Shown: piece after piece, positions 44,061 to 60,897 of the stretch | Layout of the letters: every line of letters starts with the position of its first letter | How positions within the stretch are numbered: the first letter of the stretch is position 1 | Assembly: GCF_009914755.1 (NCBI RefSeq) | Contig: NC_060927.1 | DNA from: the human T2T-CHM13v2.0 reference genome, Homo sapiens | Direction: 5' to 3' (one strand) | Length of the DNA stretch: 64,000 nucleotides | Position numbers and translations under genes: made by a program | The notes under the pieces: model-generated | What the model was told of the DNA's origin: nothing | Databases searched by the model: none | Seen by the model: the letters and a program-made list of their open reading frames with translations, nothing else

Positions 44061-44819
44061 ACATTCCCATTTCTATTGAACAAGTAAGACACTAAAGTAA
44101 TTTACTCAAGGTCACCTCTAAAGTGACAGAGCTGAGATCAAATAGTCCATAGCATCCCTGTGCTTTTCTGCCTATATTAGACCATCTGTGAATGTTTTAA
44201 GGTGATCTTAAGCCATCTAAAAAATATTTCTGATATCCCAGGAACTAGCCAGAGATTTTACGAAAAAGATTACATATCTCTCTGAACTAGCTGGGCTTAT
44301 CATTGGAGAATATTTTCCCTAGTGGCTGCATTGGTTATCATTTCCTTGCCTCCAGTAGAAAACTAACAGGCTATGTTGTTGCTAAATATCTTTTGAGTCT
44401 TGTGTGGATGGATATGTCATATAAACAACAAACAGTGGAGAATGAGCCCACATGACCAGAGGCTTGGTGTTGTAATTAAAATAAAACAACAAAATTGATC
44501 TGACCCTTAGTATTAGCATACACAATCATAATTCCATAGCTTAGTAATAAATTAAATCACACAAATTACTGTAATTAGTATGACTTTTACAAGCCAAACA
44601 CATTTTGAAAATGTCTCATCTAAATACATCTATTATCTATAAAATTCTCCAACACAGAAACAAATTCAAAGTTGACTGTTTTCTACCTTATGAAAGAACA
44701 TTTTAATTATCACTATGTTTTTATATACCCATGCCTGAGTCCTAATTGTGAAGCTGTTATGTGAGGTCCTAGATAGTTCTCTTAAACTCTATGAACCTCA
44801 GATTCTTGTGTGTAAGAAA

Positions 44820-45335
44820 GAGGGTGAGGGGGACCCTCAAGGGGCCTAGAAGTGCTTTTTGTGCCAGTCATCAAACCAGTGTCTCAGCTCCAAACCCACG
44901 TATCTTTACTGGCTCTGTGATCCTGGCACAGGGGCCCTATAAACCATGCTTTCCTTTGCCAGTGCTGTTGGATCCTGCCAGTATGAAGTGCCAGAAGGTG
45001 ACTAGAACCCAGTGGAGGAGAGAAGGGCTTGCTTCTTCCTATTTGCCTGCTCTTCCTGCTAGCTTCATCTCAGCAATGATACACCTCAGAAAGGGCAGCC
45101 AGGCAGTGTCCTTAGAATTCTGGATCCTAGCCCAGTGGTTGCCTCTTAGGAGCTTCTAGATTCATTTCCCTTTACTTTTCCTACTCCTAGGGTTCACACT
45201 TGCTTCCTGTAAGTATTACCTCTCTGTTACCTTTATGCACACTTTATACCTTTTGAGATCTCCACCAACTCTCTACCCAATTTCCTGAATTAAACTCTGT
45301 CAATAGCCAGATCGTTTTCTTTTTTTCTGAGTCAA
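44820..45335 (+). mobile_element. Probable old ERVL-class LTR (family uncertain)
   Basis: LTR-like composition ending ccaatttcctgaattaaactctgt...ttttctttttttctga; family not securely recognised. Confidence 0.4.
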
Positions 45336-45560
45336 TCCTCGTTGATATTCTCTTGTGGTTATCTTCTCTTTCTAAACTTTGATAGTTCTTGGAAACCACA
45401 GTTTTCCATTTGAAAATAAAATCCAACTTGTATCTTTGCTGTCATAACTGAGACAATGAGGAACACTAGGGGCAGGCAAGACCATGTGCCAAGTCCAAGA
45501 GAACTGGAACTCATCCTCTTTTCAGTTGTACCTATGGTTGGAATTGGTATTTTTAAAAAG

Positions 45561-47801
45561 TGATGTGGTTATATGGTTTGGCTGTGTCCCCCATCACATC
45601 TCATCTTGAATTGTGGTTCTCATAATCCCCATGTGTCAGGGGAGGAACCCAGTGGGAAGTGATTGGAGCATGGGGGTAGTTTCCCCCATGCTGTTCTCAT
45701 GATAGTGAGTGAGTTCTCACTAGATCGGAGGGTTTTACATGTGTCTGGCGTTTCCCCTGCTTGCACTCATTCTCTCTCTTGCCACCCTGTGAAGATGTGC
45801 CTTCTGCCAGAATTGTAAGTTTCCTGAAGCCTCCTCAGCCTTGCAGAACTGTGAGTCAATTAAACCTCTTCTTTATAAATTACCCAGTCTCAGGTATTTC
45901 TTCATAGCAATGTGAGAATGGACTAATACAGTAAATTGGCACCGAGTGGGGTGGGGTGTTTTTATAAGGATATCCAGAAATGTCGATGCAACTTTGGAAC
46001 TGGGTAACAGGCAGAGGTTGGAACAGTTTGGAGGGCTCAGAAGAAGACAGGAAAATGTGGGAAAGTTCAGAACTTCCTAGAGACTTCAGGGACTCAGAAG
46101 ACAGGAAGATATGGGAAAGTTTGGAACTTCCTAGAGACTTGTTGAATGACTTTGACTAAAATGCTGATAGTGATATGGACAATGAAGTCCAGGCTGAGTG
46201 GTCTCAGATGAGGAACTTGTTGGGAACTGGAGCAAAGGTGACTCTTGCTATGCTTTAGCAAAGAGACTGGTGGCATTTTTGCCCCTGCCCTAGAGATCTG
46301 TGGAAATTTGAACTTGAGAGAGATAATTTAGGGTATCTGGTGGAAGAAATTTCTAAGCAGCAAAGCATTCAAGAAAACTCAAAACAGAAAACATTGGAAA
46401 ATTTGCAGCCTGACAATGCAATAGAAAAAAATAAAACCATTTTCTGGAGAGAAATTCAAGACCATTGCAAAAATTTACATAAGTAATGAGAAGCCAAATG
46501 TTAATCACCAAAACAATGGGGAAAATGTCTCCAAGGCATGTCAGAGACCTTCACAGCAGCCCCTCCCATCACAGGCCTGGAGGCCTAGGAGAAAAAAATG
46601 GTTTAATGGGCCTGGCCCAGGGCCCCCCTGCTCTGTGCAGCCTCAGGACATGGTGCCCTGTGTCCCAACTGCTTTAGCTCCAGCTTTTACATGGTGTGGA
46701 GCCTGTGGGTACATAGAAGTTAATAATTGAGATTTGGGAACCTCCACCTAGATTTCAGAGGATGTATGGAAATGCCTGGATGTACAGGCAGAAGTTTGCT
46801 ACAGCAGTGGAGCCCTCATGGAGAACCTCTGCTAGGGTAGTATGGAAGGAAAATGTTGAATTGGAACCCACACAGTCTCCACTAGGGCACTGCCTAGTGG
46901 AGCTGTAGGAAGAGGACCACTGTCCTCTAGACCCCAGAATTGTAGATCCACTGACAGCTTGCACCGTGCACCTGGAAAAGCAACAGACACCCAATACCAG
47001 CCCATGAAAGCAGCTGAGACAGGGTTGTACCCTACAAAGCCACAGAGTCAGAGCTGTCCAAGGCTGTGGGAGCCCAAGTCTTACATCAGCATGACATGGA
47101 TGTGAAATGTGGAGTCAAAGGAGATCATTTTGGAACTTTAAGGTTTAATGACTGACATAATGGATTTTGGAGTTGCATGGGGCCTGTACCTCCTTTGTTT
47201 TGGCCAATTTCTCCTATTTGGAATGCAATGCCTGTACCCTCATTGTATCTAGGAAGTAACTAACTTGCTTTTGATTTTACAGGCTCATAGGCAGAAGGGA
47301 CTTGCCTTGTCTCAGATGAAAATTTGGACTTGGACTTTTGGGTTAATACTGGAATAGGTTAAGACTTTGGGGGACTGTTGGAAGGGCATGATTGTGTTTT
47401 GAAATGTGAGAACATGAGATCTGGGAGGGGGCAGGGGCAGAATGTTATAGTTTGGCTGTGTCCCCACCCAAATCTAATCTTGACTTATAGTTCCCATAAT
47501 CCCCATGTGTCATGGGAGGGTCCTGGTGGGAAGTAATTGGATCATAGGGACAGTTTCCCCCATGCTGTTCTCATGATAGTGAGTTCTCACTAGATCTGAT
47601 GATTTTATAAGATTCAGGTATTTCCCCTTCTTGCACTCTTTCTCTCTCCTGCCGCCCTGAGAAGAGGTGCCTTCCGCTATGATTGTAAGTTTCCTGAGGC
47701 CTCCCCAGCCATGTGGAACTGTGAGTCAATTAAATCTCTTCTCTTTATAAATTACCCAGTCTTGGGTATTTCTTCATAGCAGTGTGAGAATGGATAATAC
47801 A
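45561..47801 (+). mobile_element. Complete THE1D MaLR provirus (LTR - internal - LTR)
   Basis: 5' LTR 45561-45930 (ends gactaataca); internal 45931-47442 starts gtaaattgg and ends in polypurine tract gggagggggcaggggcagaa; 3' LTR 47443-47801. Confidence 0.93.
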
Positions 47802-48689
47802 CAGCCTTTATATTGGAACAAGTGGTTTGGAGAGAGAAATATGTTAGACCTAGAACTATTAATGAGGCATAGCCCAGACTTGGATTTATGTCTTCCAATT
47901 CCCAATCCCATAATCCTTCCAAAACACAAGCACTATCCTATGGTAGAGTAGCTACTGCGACGTGTAAGACGTTCCTATCATATGTTTAAGCTGAAAGATT
48001 ATCTGCCAGCATTGTTGTAGAAAGGATTATTTTCTTAAAGTCTGGATTTCCTCCAATTCTGAAGGCCTGTCATTTTCCTATGTATTACTTCATTAATCCA
48101 CTGGGATGAACCCTTCAATTCAGTCTTTGTTTTTTTTTTTAAGGTCAAAGAAATAACACTGGTTCTAAATGAAACCTTTAAGCATTTTGAATAGAGGCCA
48201 ATTTTCTCAATAAGTGAAGACAAGATAAGCTTATAGGCTTTCAAAATTGTTTCAATTTCAAACAAGCCTTCTAAAGTAAAATTTAAAAATATATTGTTAC
48301 CATATCTTCTACTCATAAGAACTTAGTTTTTTCAAATAAGCTATGAGGTTTAAAGAGAAACTCCAAAAGTCTTCTCCATGTAAAAAAGGATATTTTTAAA
48401 TCTCTAGAACACAAACCTTCAGATCAAAGGGCATTGAAAATAGTGAGTTCGGATGACTCTGCCCAAGCGACAGAGCAGTTCACCCCACAAAGGAACCCAC
48501 TCCCTCTCTCCTTCTCTCTTACTGCTGTTTCTTACCACTTTGCCTTGCCTGTTCTTGTCACTCCCAGGCTTTGCTTAATTTACAGCTTATATCACTGTCC
48601 TCTCCATATATCAGAAGCCACTTGACCACATCTGGAAGTGCAACTGTGGCCCAAGAATCCACAAGGCAATGATTTCAGGACTCTGGGTA

Positions 48690-48838
48690 TTAATGTACAT
48701 CTGAGCACCAAATCACCTGGGGATTTAAATGCAGATTCTCCTTCAGTAGGTTTGGGGTAGAGCCCCCAATTCTGCATTTTTATACTATTAGGGGATGTCC
48801 ATGATGCCGGCCCTTGGACCACACTTTGAGGAGCAAGT
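48690..48838. mobile_element. MER5A-type hAT MITE
   Basis: aatcacctgggga...aaatgcagattct...cagtaggtttgggg...ttctgcattt...ggaccacactttgag. Confidence 0.75.
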
Positions 48839-49294
48839 CTCTCCCTAACGGTCTGGGTCTAGGTATCAACTCACCCTTGCTAAGAGTTGGCTCTGACCTT
48901 GTATGTCCCCAAAAGATATTTTTCCCTTATTCTTGACCTCTTAGCATTTTGGAACAATTATAAGACATCTTCAAAGGAGTAGCACAATTTTTGTTACCCT
49001 TTTTTTTGGCTTATAAATATCTTTTGCTAATTTCAAAAAATGTTTTAAAATTATATTTTTGTGTTTTATTCTTTGGTTTTCTTTTCCTAGCTTTCCAGAA
49101 TTGACATGGTTCTGTGAAGTCATTTTAGTTTCAGAGAGTAATTATTATCAAGAAAATCTGAGAGGTTTTAAATTTTTTTTACTTTACTTTAAAATTATTT
49201 CCTTTTCATCCCAACAATATTGGAATGTGAAAAAATTACATAAAATAAAATTGATGATATACTTTACCACCAAAAAGTTGAATAAAACTTTTTC

Positions 49295-50080
<786 letters not shown>

Positions 50081-50639
50081 CTGCACGGTAAGAGTAGGGT
50101 CCACGCCTCTCAGCCCCTGTGGTATCTTGGGCCTCGATGCTTCCCAGGCTGCCATTCTCTCGCCATGGCTACAGGCATAACACGGGTGATGCTGGCCAAT
50201 AGCTTCACCCTACTGAGACTTAATTTTCTCATCTGGCTAGTGGCTACCTGTCTCACGGTCTGTTTTTAATATAATGCAATATGATGGATATTAAAATGCT
50301 TTACAAACTCAATACTCTTAAGTAAACATAAGGTTTTGCCATAAATATTAGGAGATGAAAGGAAGAAGACAAGAAGGAATAACTTGGAGAAACTCATTTC
50401 AGGGATAAATACAGCAACATTTCCTATTTAACAAGTGACTGGGAGATAGTACAAGCTTTGCACATTCTATGCCCTTTTTCACCTTTGTTGTCTTCCCTTC
50501 ACCTTTAACTCCTGCATCAAGGAAAGCAGGTAGATATGTGCTTGCTATTCCTAGTAATCTAAACTTAGACAATTCTCAGTAATGTCACAATTAAGCTACC
50601 AGACTTACATGAGTGAGTTTGGTATCTGGTATTTACTCA

Positions 50640-51050
50640 CTCAATTGCTAGTTATCTATTGAGATCCTATACTGAGCAAAGCACTGACCATGGGTATGAG
50701 GAACACAAGACTGAATAAAGCAGGCCTAGGCCTCAAGCAGCTTTATGTCTCCTAACAGAGATAAGATATATACAAAGACATCTAAAACTGGTAGAATAGT
50801 GGGTGATAACAAAGGAATTCTCAAAGGGAGTAATTTCTTTAAGGCTAGAAAAGCTGGGACAGGGATGAGGAATGTTTTCCTGAAAGTGGCAGAGGCATTT
50901 GGGTCTTGAGAGATGAGAAAAATTTGGGAGTGCAGGTTCATGGGTAGGGACTTCAGTAAGAGCAAAGGGAGAGAGGCAGGTGATTGCGGGGCATATCTGA
51001 GAAACATGCACTTTACCAGCACACTTGGACTTTAATCCATTATAGATAGG
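50640..51050 (-). mobile_element. L2 relic
   Basis: tattgagatcctatactgagcaaagcactg...aagactgaataaagcaggcctaggcctcaagcagcttta. Confidence 0.55.
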
Positions 51051-52140
51051 GAATAAATACACATGAATTAATTTAAAAATTTTTTGAATACAAAACTTAA
51101 TAGGAGAAACAACTAATAAACTCTATGCTTAATTGTCAAACTATTATAAGCACTAAGGTATTTATCTTGCATGTTTTGTTAGGCCTAGTATACATAAAAT
51201 TAGAAATATAAAATATCTAGTATGTCTACCCTCTGCTGGCAAAGTATTTCTTCATTTTCTTTCCCAATAAAAATAAAATCTGATCATTCTGTTTCCATCT
51301 CTGCTGGAAAAACAAGCAATCCTTAAATGCAACTCTTACTTTACATGTCCAAGATCTTAGATTTAAATTGGACATATGAGGCCCTGCAGCAATGATGAAT
51401 GGACTCAACTACATACATCTGGGTCCATGCGGAGTGGGTCATGCTCAAAAATATCTAGGACCTAAAATAAATAAAGGACTCTGAAAGAAATCAGGAGGTG
51501 GCCTACAAAAAATAATGATAAGAGCATCTGACTCATGTTTGTGCACAACACTGCCTTTCAGTGTTTGTACAGTGAGATTTCAGTGGTGGGTAAGAGCCCA
51601 AAGGATTGACTGCAGGGACTCATTTACACAATTTTGGATAAGAACTAGAACCAACACTTTTTGATAGTATCTAAAAGAACTGTTTTGAAAAACCACAAAG
51701 AGGCACACGGTTAAATTCAAGTTAATTGGCAAGCAAAGAAATTTAGGAAACAGCATGAGGAGATCTATGCTTCTTGGGGAAAAATAAAGATTCTGCTGGC
51801 AAGTAAATTATTTCCAGAGAGATCAATTTTCAGAGAACAATTAAGTCTTTTTGTTTAACACAGTACCATTTATACTGTTCTCCATGACTTCCACTTCTGG
51901 ACCCCCTCAGAAAGCATTAGTGCTACTAAATATACTATGTCTATTTACTTGTTGATATGATCAAACTTCAATATGTGGTTGTAAATTATGTAAGAAAAAA
52001 CGTGCAATACTGGGAGTCAGAAGACATAGGATCTATCTGGTCACAGTTCAGACACTTTGCTAGTTTGATGACTGATGCAATTTAAATGCATTGCCTCGTC
52101 CATTGCTTTCTCCTCACTAAATTGAGGAAGGTAGTCTGTT

Positions 52141-52350
52141 TAGTGGTTTTCAAATAGGGGTATATAAGACAATCCAAGGAAGGGGGAAGAAAACGTAAGA
52201 TCATCATAATTTTAATTAGCACTTTTGTATATTCTAACATAATATAATTACCCTTGTGGGCAAAAAAATGAAAATTAATATATAAGCATGTGTTACATAA
52301 TAAATCTATTTGTTGCCAATAAGGGTCAAGAAACTCTGGCAAGCATTGCT
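52141..52350 (+). mobile_element. MER113-like hAT-Charlie element within a MIR3-like relic
   Basis: tagtggttttcaaataggggtatataagacaatcca...gggaagaaaa; MIR head at ~52000-52140 and tail ctagatgacctctcagcaccttcc after 52350. Confidence 0.55.
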
Positions 52351-55300
52351 CTAGATGACCTCTCAGCACCTTCCAATTATAAATGTCTGTAATATAAATG
52401 GTTCAGTTTTTACTTTGCTTCAAGGTCTGCATACTTGGGATTGAAGAATTGCATGGGGTTTAACAGCTTCACTTGACTTCCTGTCAACTAGATTACCCAG
52501 TGTCTCCCTCTTGACCTCTATCTCCTCAAGAGCTAGGTTCCTGACCTGCTGTCTTATCGCTGACCCACAGCAGTGTCCAGCACATGTCAGGTACTCAAAT
52601 ACACATCTGTCAAAGGAATGAAATTCTACTTCAAGAAATGTTTATGTGCTTTGAAAAGAGAACACAAGGAGATTAATCCTAATTCTCACTTACGAATAAA
52701 TGTTTATATGAATTTATTCCTGGCAGGGTCCGTTGTCTTCTAATATTTAAATTTTCTTATTCAAGAGTATGTCACCTACAGCCTCTGCTTCTGATAACAT
52801 TACTCCAGAATTCTTTTCTCATTAAAAGTTGATGAAGCCGTCAGATACAGAAGTAGAAAATAAGTGTCTGTCACATGAAGCATGCTCTACCTTGACATTA
52901 AATGCAGACTTGAAGAGTTTCTAAGACTACAGAATACTGCATTTTTGGACAGGAATATTGATTATATCACCAGAACACAGAAAGAGAATGAATAAGAAAG
53001 AAAAAGAAATGTGTCTTGCACTCAGATGGTCCTCTGAGGGGTTTAAGAGGTTGATGGGTTATTCTTCCATGCCACACTTTTATTTATTTTTGATCTAGTA
53101 AAAAGAGACATTTCTGACAGGTTTCCTACAACCACTGAAAGTGAACCTGGAACTGAGAAGTCAAAGATTTAACAAAATGGAAAACTCCTTCAGGCAATAT
53201 GAAAGTATCCAACTTTCCAAAGAGTACAATTACCATCTAGTTCACCATATTTGGCAACTCCATAGTTGGCAGATTAATAATGCATCTGTGGAATATAAGA
53301 ACATCAATATAGAAAACAGCATGAATCTATGTTATTATTTCTGATTCCTCCAATGCTGAGTATATAGATATGCACTTAAGTGTTACTTCAAATCTATGTT
53401 GCCAGGTTTAGAAATTTTTGTTTAAAAATATCCTCTATGTAAATTCTTCATAACATAGTAATGAGTACTTATGCAAATTATCTTGAGGTCTGGAGAAGAA
53501 GGAAAGACCTATTTTGCTTAGATCCCTGGCATGGCGCCTCAAGTTTTGGTGTTCATTAGGCTTACCCTCCTTACCCTGGTTTCTTTCTAGTTCCCATTTC
53601 CTTGGAGTCAGCTAACACATTTACATCAATGTTGCCTAAATCTGTGATCAGCAATCTCACCCCAGAAGTCCAGGCCAGTTGCCCACTGTACTTTTCCATG
53701 TGGATATTCTACCCTTGTGTGGAATTCTGAAGGTCCTGGAATGAACTGATTATTGTGTCTCCTTTTGGCGCATGTATTCACTCACTTGTATTCTCCATTT
53801 TGGTGAAATCAACCACTGACCCAACAGACATAAAAAACCCGGGAATTATCTTTGACTCATTTTTCTTCTGCATCCACATGTTATTTGTGCCATCTTCTGA
53901 CAATTTTCTACATGCCTATGCAGAATATGGGTTCTTGGGAAATAATTTTACCTTTTTCTCTATGACTCCTGGCACCATGAAGAGTTGTTAAATAATGACT
54001 GAAAACATTTACAATGAAGAAAGGAGGGGTAAATTTGTCCACTGCTTTAGCTATATGTGCAGGTTGTTTGAATATTGAAATGAAGAGCTATTTGGTTCAA
54101 GGAAGTGCAGGTGTGAGTTAATGAGTTATTATGCGAGAAGACATACTTTACACCTGTGTTTATTGAGATGGCATCATTGCATGTTTGTCTTTGGTTCAGT
54201 GTGCTGGTTAACTAATCCCCTTGAGAATTGTAGGCACTATTTCTGCAGCTTGAACGCCTAATATTTTGAGCCTCAGGGTTTTGTTTTTTTTTTTCCAGCT
54301 TGGAAAACACTCACTTCACCTCATTTGTTGGTGAATTGTTGGTTAAGTTGGATTCACCTGGTTCTGTCAATATAAAGCAAACCAGTTTTAAGGTAAGAGA
54401 TGTTGGCTAATGACACGTATTTGGAAGCTAAAACTGGCCAGATTTGTTTTGAGAAACAATTCAAACGAAGTCCCCTCCTGGAGATTTGTTTTATTTACTG
54501 AGCTCCAGAAATGCATTTCCCATCCAGTCATGCAGTGCATCAGTGGCAAGCCAAATGGAACACATTCACCTCTGAGCTAAAAGCCTTCTTAAGAGTTTGA
54601 AAACAATTTTTGCCCAAGTGAGAAATGATGAGATGAGAAGTAATAAGCCAACTTACTTACTCAGACAAGTGAAATCTCAACATGTCCAGTAATAGTCATT
54701 TCATTTGGAAATCTCTCCTCCTTATCTATTGCAAAATAGACTTTCTCAAGTTCCCCTTTTCCCTCACTGCTTACTCTACAAAAGCCTTTCAAGAACTGAC
54801 TTGACAAATACATAGCACCTGAGTTCCAAGTGCAGCTTTTCCTATCATGGCAATGTAATTAGGCCCTTGTGATTTGAGGCCAATAGGAGAACAGGCTTAG
54901 GGGAAGGGATTGAGATGATTTAACTGTTTGTGTTGTAAACACAACTTGCATGTGCTGAGCACTTCTTTCTTTCAGACATCTTGGTCAATTCCTTAATGAA
55001 TAGGCCAGAGTGTTACTTGTTTTTAACTTCCCACACTTTCATTTTTTTTAAGATTCATTTACTCTCTAGAATCAGATTAGAAAGCCCAGCCCCATTACTT
55101 AATAATCAGGACTTCTTTTTCTTCATATTTCTGGATGCCTGTTTTCTTAAATGGAAGTCATTCTAAGCTGAGTAAATAGTGTTCTATACTGTTTAACTTT
55201 TTGTATGAGAAAATGAGATATGCCAGTGGCACTCTTCCCCCTCCTCTGCCTCCAATGAACATAAAATTGCCCTAGGAATCTAAAAATGGAAGCTGTCTTT

Positions 55301-56583
55301 ATTAGAGCAATGCCTGGAAGCAGGGAAATCATTAGACATGGTGTCAATGTTGCCATTAGAAATCTTACTCTTTGGGTGTTTAATGACAGTCCCTGAAAGT
55401 TTGCTTCTGGCGAAAACCTGACCCCCAAAGTCTCAGCTGGGAAACAGATTATAAAAATGAATTTTCAAACAACCTGTCCAGCTGTGCTTTTCGGTTATCT
55501 TTATAAACTGGAAAGCAGCTTCTATGACAGGATTCAATTCCATTGGAGATATGCTATAAATAATACTGCTGAAGTATTTTCAATATTCATTTAAAAATAA
55601 TGGCTCAGTAACCTAATGACTTTTAGAAAACAGGCCTCTGCACAAGAAAAATTCTACCTGATCCAAAATTAGGTAGTCGTGTATACCAGGTACCTCACAG
55701 AGAGAATTCCTTAGGGTCATGTATTTACCCAAAAGCCACATTCTGTATGTGTACAATGTCCTTCTATTACAAAGCAATAAATTCCTTTGACTTTAGCAGT
55801 AAGGAAAATAGAGATGCCAATTAATAGGATGACTTATTCCAATCCTTTAGCAAGTCAGCTGAAGATCCAGAAGCCAGAGACACATGCCTCGGTGGCTGAT
55901 TTTGTAAGTATGGCAGACACATCCACATATGTTCTCTTCTTTCTATGCTCTCTGGATTTGTGAGAAGTCCCTAATGTCCATTTCTCTGTACATACTCTCA
56001 TCCTCTATAAAGACTTCTCACTTGCATTTTATATTCTGCCCAATCTTCCCAAATAAATGTTTTCTCAATGCACTTGTATATTTCAAGCAGCACAGATTCA
56101 GATTTCTGGGTAATAGAAACACCAGCCTTCATTTGCATGTCTAAAAGCCACTTGTTTCCATAAAACCAAGTTCTTGTATGTGACTATTGAACACTGGCAG
56201 GTGCAATTTCCAAGAGACTGAGATGAGGTGGCTGCAAATGTGGCCCTTGAAGCAAAAGATGATCAAAATAAATCAAATGATCATCATCAAATTAGTAACA
56301 ACTGAAAGTGAATGCAGGCCACGTGTTAATGAGCAAGCTGCTTACACTGAAGTGTTCATGATGAATCTGGTAAGAAGCTGAATTGGAAAGGATAATGAAC
56401 ACTGCAAACTGTCTTTAAAAGCTTGATTCTTTTTGTTCGTTTATCAGTATGCACCTGGCATAAGATGGTCCCAAGTATCCTAGCCTAGAGGCTGTGCCGT
56501 CTTTGAGACTGTCTTCCCTTCTGATCTGTCACAAAGTTATACAATTTCTTTTGTTGAAATACCTCATGGACTATTCCTTCCTT

Positions 56584-57004
56584 TGTACCATTTAGATTTC
56601 TTTGTTTGCAAGTAATAAAAACAGACTCTGGCTAGCATAATCAGAAAGGAATTTATTGGAAGGAAGTGTGATAGCTCTTAGAAAGGAGGCATCATGGCTG
56701 CTCCAGGGATCTGGTGGCAGGAATAAATAAATAGAGGGTCTCAATAGGGCTCTGCTATTGAGGAGGTGCCAGCAGTTATACAGCCTCCTCTCTCCCTCCT
56801 AAAGTTTTACATACCAGGGGAAGAGTGTCTAGTTGTCCTACCTTCAGATGTCCTAATTCTCTTTGTCAGGGGAGGGTGGGACACGTTGATTAGAAGATGT
56901 TATCCATTGGAGTTGGGGGTAGTTTCCTAAGAAACATTAGGATGCTATTACCAGTGGAAGTGAGAATGTGTTGGGGCAGCCAGAACCAACACATGTCCAC
57001 CACA
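56584..57004 (-). mobile_element. Old MLT1K/L-type LTR
   Basis: ttgcaagtaataaaaacagactctggctag...aaaggaatttattggaagga ... gatgctattaccag...atgtccaccaca. Confidence 0.7.
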
Positions 57005-57404
57005 TTCTTCTAGACAGAGCTGTTCCTTTCATGCCTATATGTCTTCATTTTTTAACTTAATAATTGGGAAAATAAGGTTACAGATTAATGCAATTTATGA
57101 GATATCATTTACTTGACGTATGGATCTGCTGTGAAATGTTTGGACCAGAGGATGTGTAAAATCTGTAGGAATATTATTGGGCACAGAACACTTACTACCT
57201 TATAAAGTGATCTGTTATTCAGGTTTTGAAACTTTTTTCTTTTGTGAGTGAAAATTATTCATTCCACTGCTCGAACGATATTTATTTTGTGCCCACAATG
57301 CTTCAGACATTCTTTTGGTGCTGACAAAGCCCTCCTGAACTTGACAGTCTAACTTCTGCCCATTAATCCTAATTCTCCATCAGCTCTAATTTTGTACTTT
57401 AGAG

Positions 57405-59535
<2,131 letters not shown>

Positions 59536-59540
59536 AAAAA

Positions 59541-59700
59541 CAGATGTGCTTTGTTTAAAGTAGCAGAACATTTTTTTTCAAATAGAATTGTATGTGATAT
59601 CCCAATTTCTGAAACCAATAAAAGGGGTGAAGTATGGGTAGGCGGCCGAGAGCCCTGCTCACTAGACGGATGTTCTTGAGGGCGCACTTTGAAAGGTCAG
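59541..59700 (-). mobile_element. MER117-like hAT-Charlie relic
   Basis: gcagaacattttttttcaaa...cccaat...ataaaagggg...gagccctgctcact...cactttgaaa resembles recalled MER117. Confidence 0.5.
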
Positions 59701-60866
59701 GGCCTGGGGAATTCTGCTGAGAAATCATTCCATGTTAATACCATCTCTAGGAGCTACATTAAGTGTTGTTAGTGAACCCATACAAGGCTCCACGATTGCT
59801 GGTTACCTCTGTAGTTACTCATAAACTATTTAATAGCTCTTTCCATTTTAGTTTACTGTATTCATTGTTGTCTATTCATGCAGAAATCATTTTTTTAAGT
59901 TTTCTAGATTTTTAGATTTGTATCATATTAGTTTACCTGTGCATTAGAACTAAAATGATTTTATTATTACATGGAAATAATTACAGAATTATAATTTGAG
60001 GCCACACCCTCAGGTTTTATTGAAAGTTGATATGAGAAATGACCATATGAAGAATGAACCTCCATTTTCCCTAAAATTATTATTAAATACACTGTCCATT
60101 CTGGTGTTCAAAGGCCCTTATATATAGATGCATGTGATAAATTCCCCTAAAATTTTAGTATGAAAAATAAAGTTTGCCCACTTTGATAAGCATGACTTAA
60201 AAAAAAAATAATGCTGTATTATTCCTGTATAACTCATCATGTTCCCCTTTTGGCTTTGACTGCCAGAAAGCTCAGAGCTATATTTATTGCCAAACCACAG
60301 CAATGAACAGTGGCCTAATTTTGCAGAAAAATTCTGTCCCAGAGCACTTGAGTGTTTACCCTCAACTAAATGGTCCTGTGATGTGCATGGCTTATGTTAT
60401 GAGTTGTCACAAATCCAATCTGGAAATAGGCAAGGATTAAATAATAAACAAACAAACACATAAGTAATTTGGACTAAGCGGTCTTGGTCTTTGGCAATAG
60501 AAAATGCTCACACCTAGAATTTGGTTTGTAGCAAATGTCTGTTAGGCACATTGCCTAAATCTAGTGTACTACTCGGGGGTGAGTCTGCCCCTCGGTACAG
60601 CCATGGACACTTGGATCTTTCTGTTACTGGGGTTCACACCCATATTCACCCATCCCATGATGCTGGCTCCTTAGAAGGTGGTCTGTATGGCAGCTCAGTA
60701 AGGATATCAGGTTGAAAGGGTGTGAAAGAGCAAGGATCAAGCAAACTAGCAATTTGTTCAGTTTCCCATGGATCTTAGCCTTTAATGTAGTTGATAGAAG
60801 AAGATCTTGCTGAAATGGACAAGGAAATAGACAATTTTTACACAAATTGACAATTCTTAGGCAATG

Positions 60867-60897
<31 letters not shown>

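Noticed and set aside
46094-46994. ORFs in THE1 internal sequence
   Set aside because: Decayed MaLR internal region; no intact long ORF
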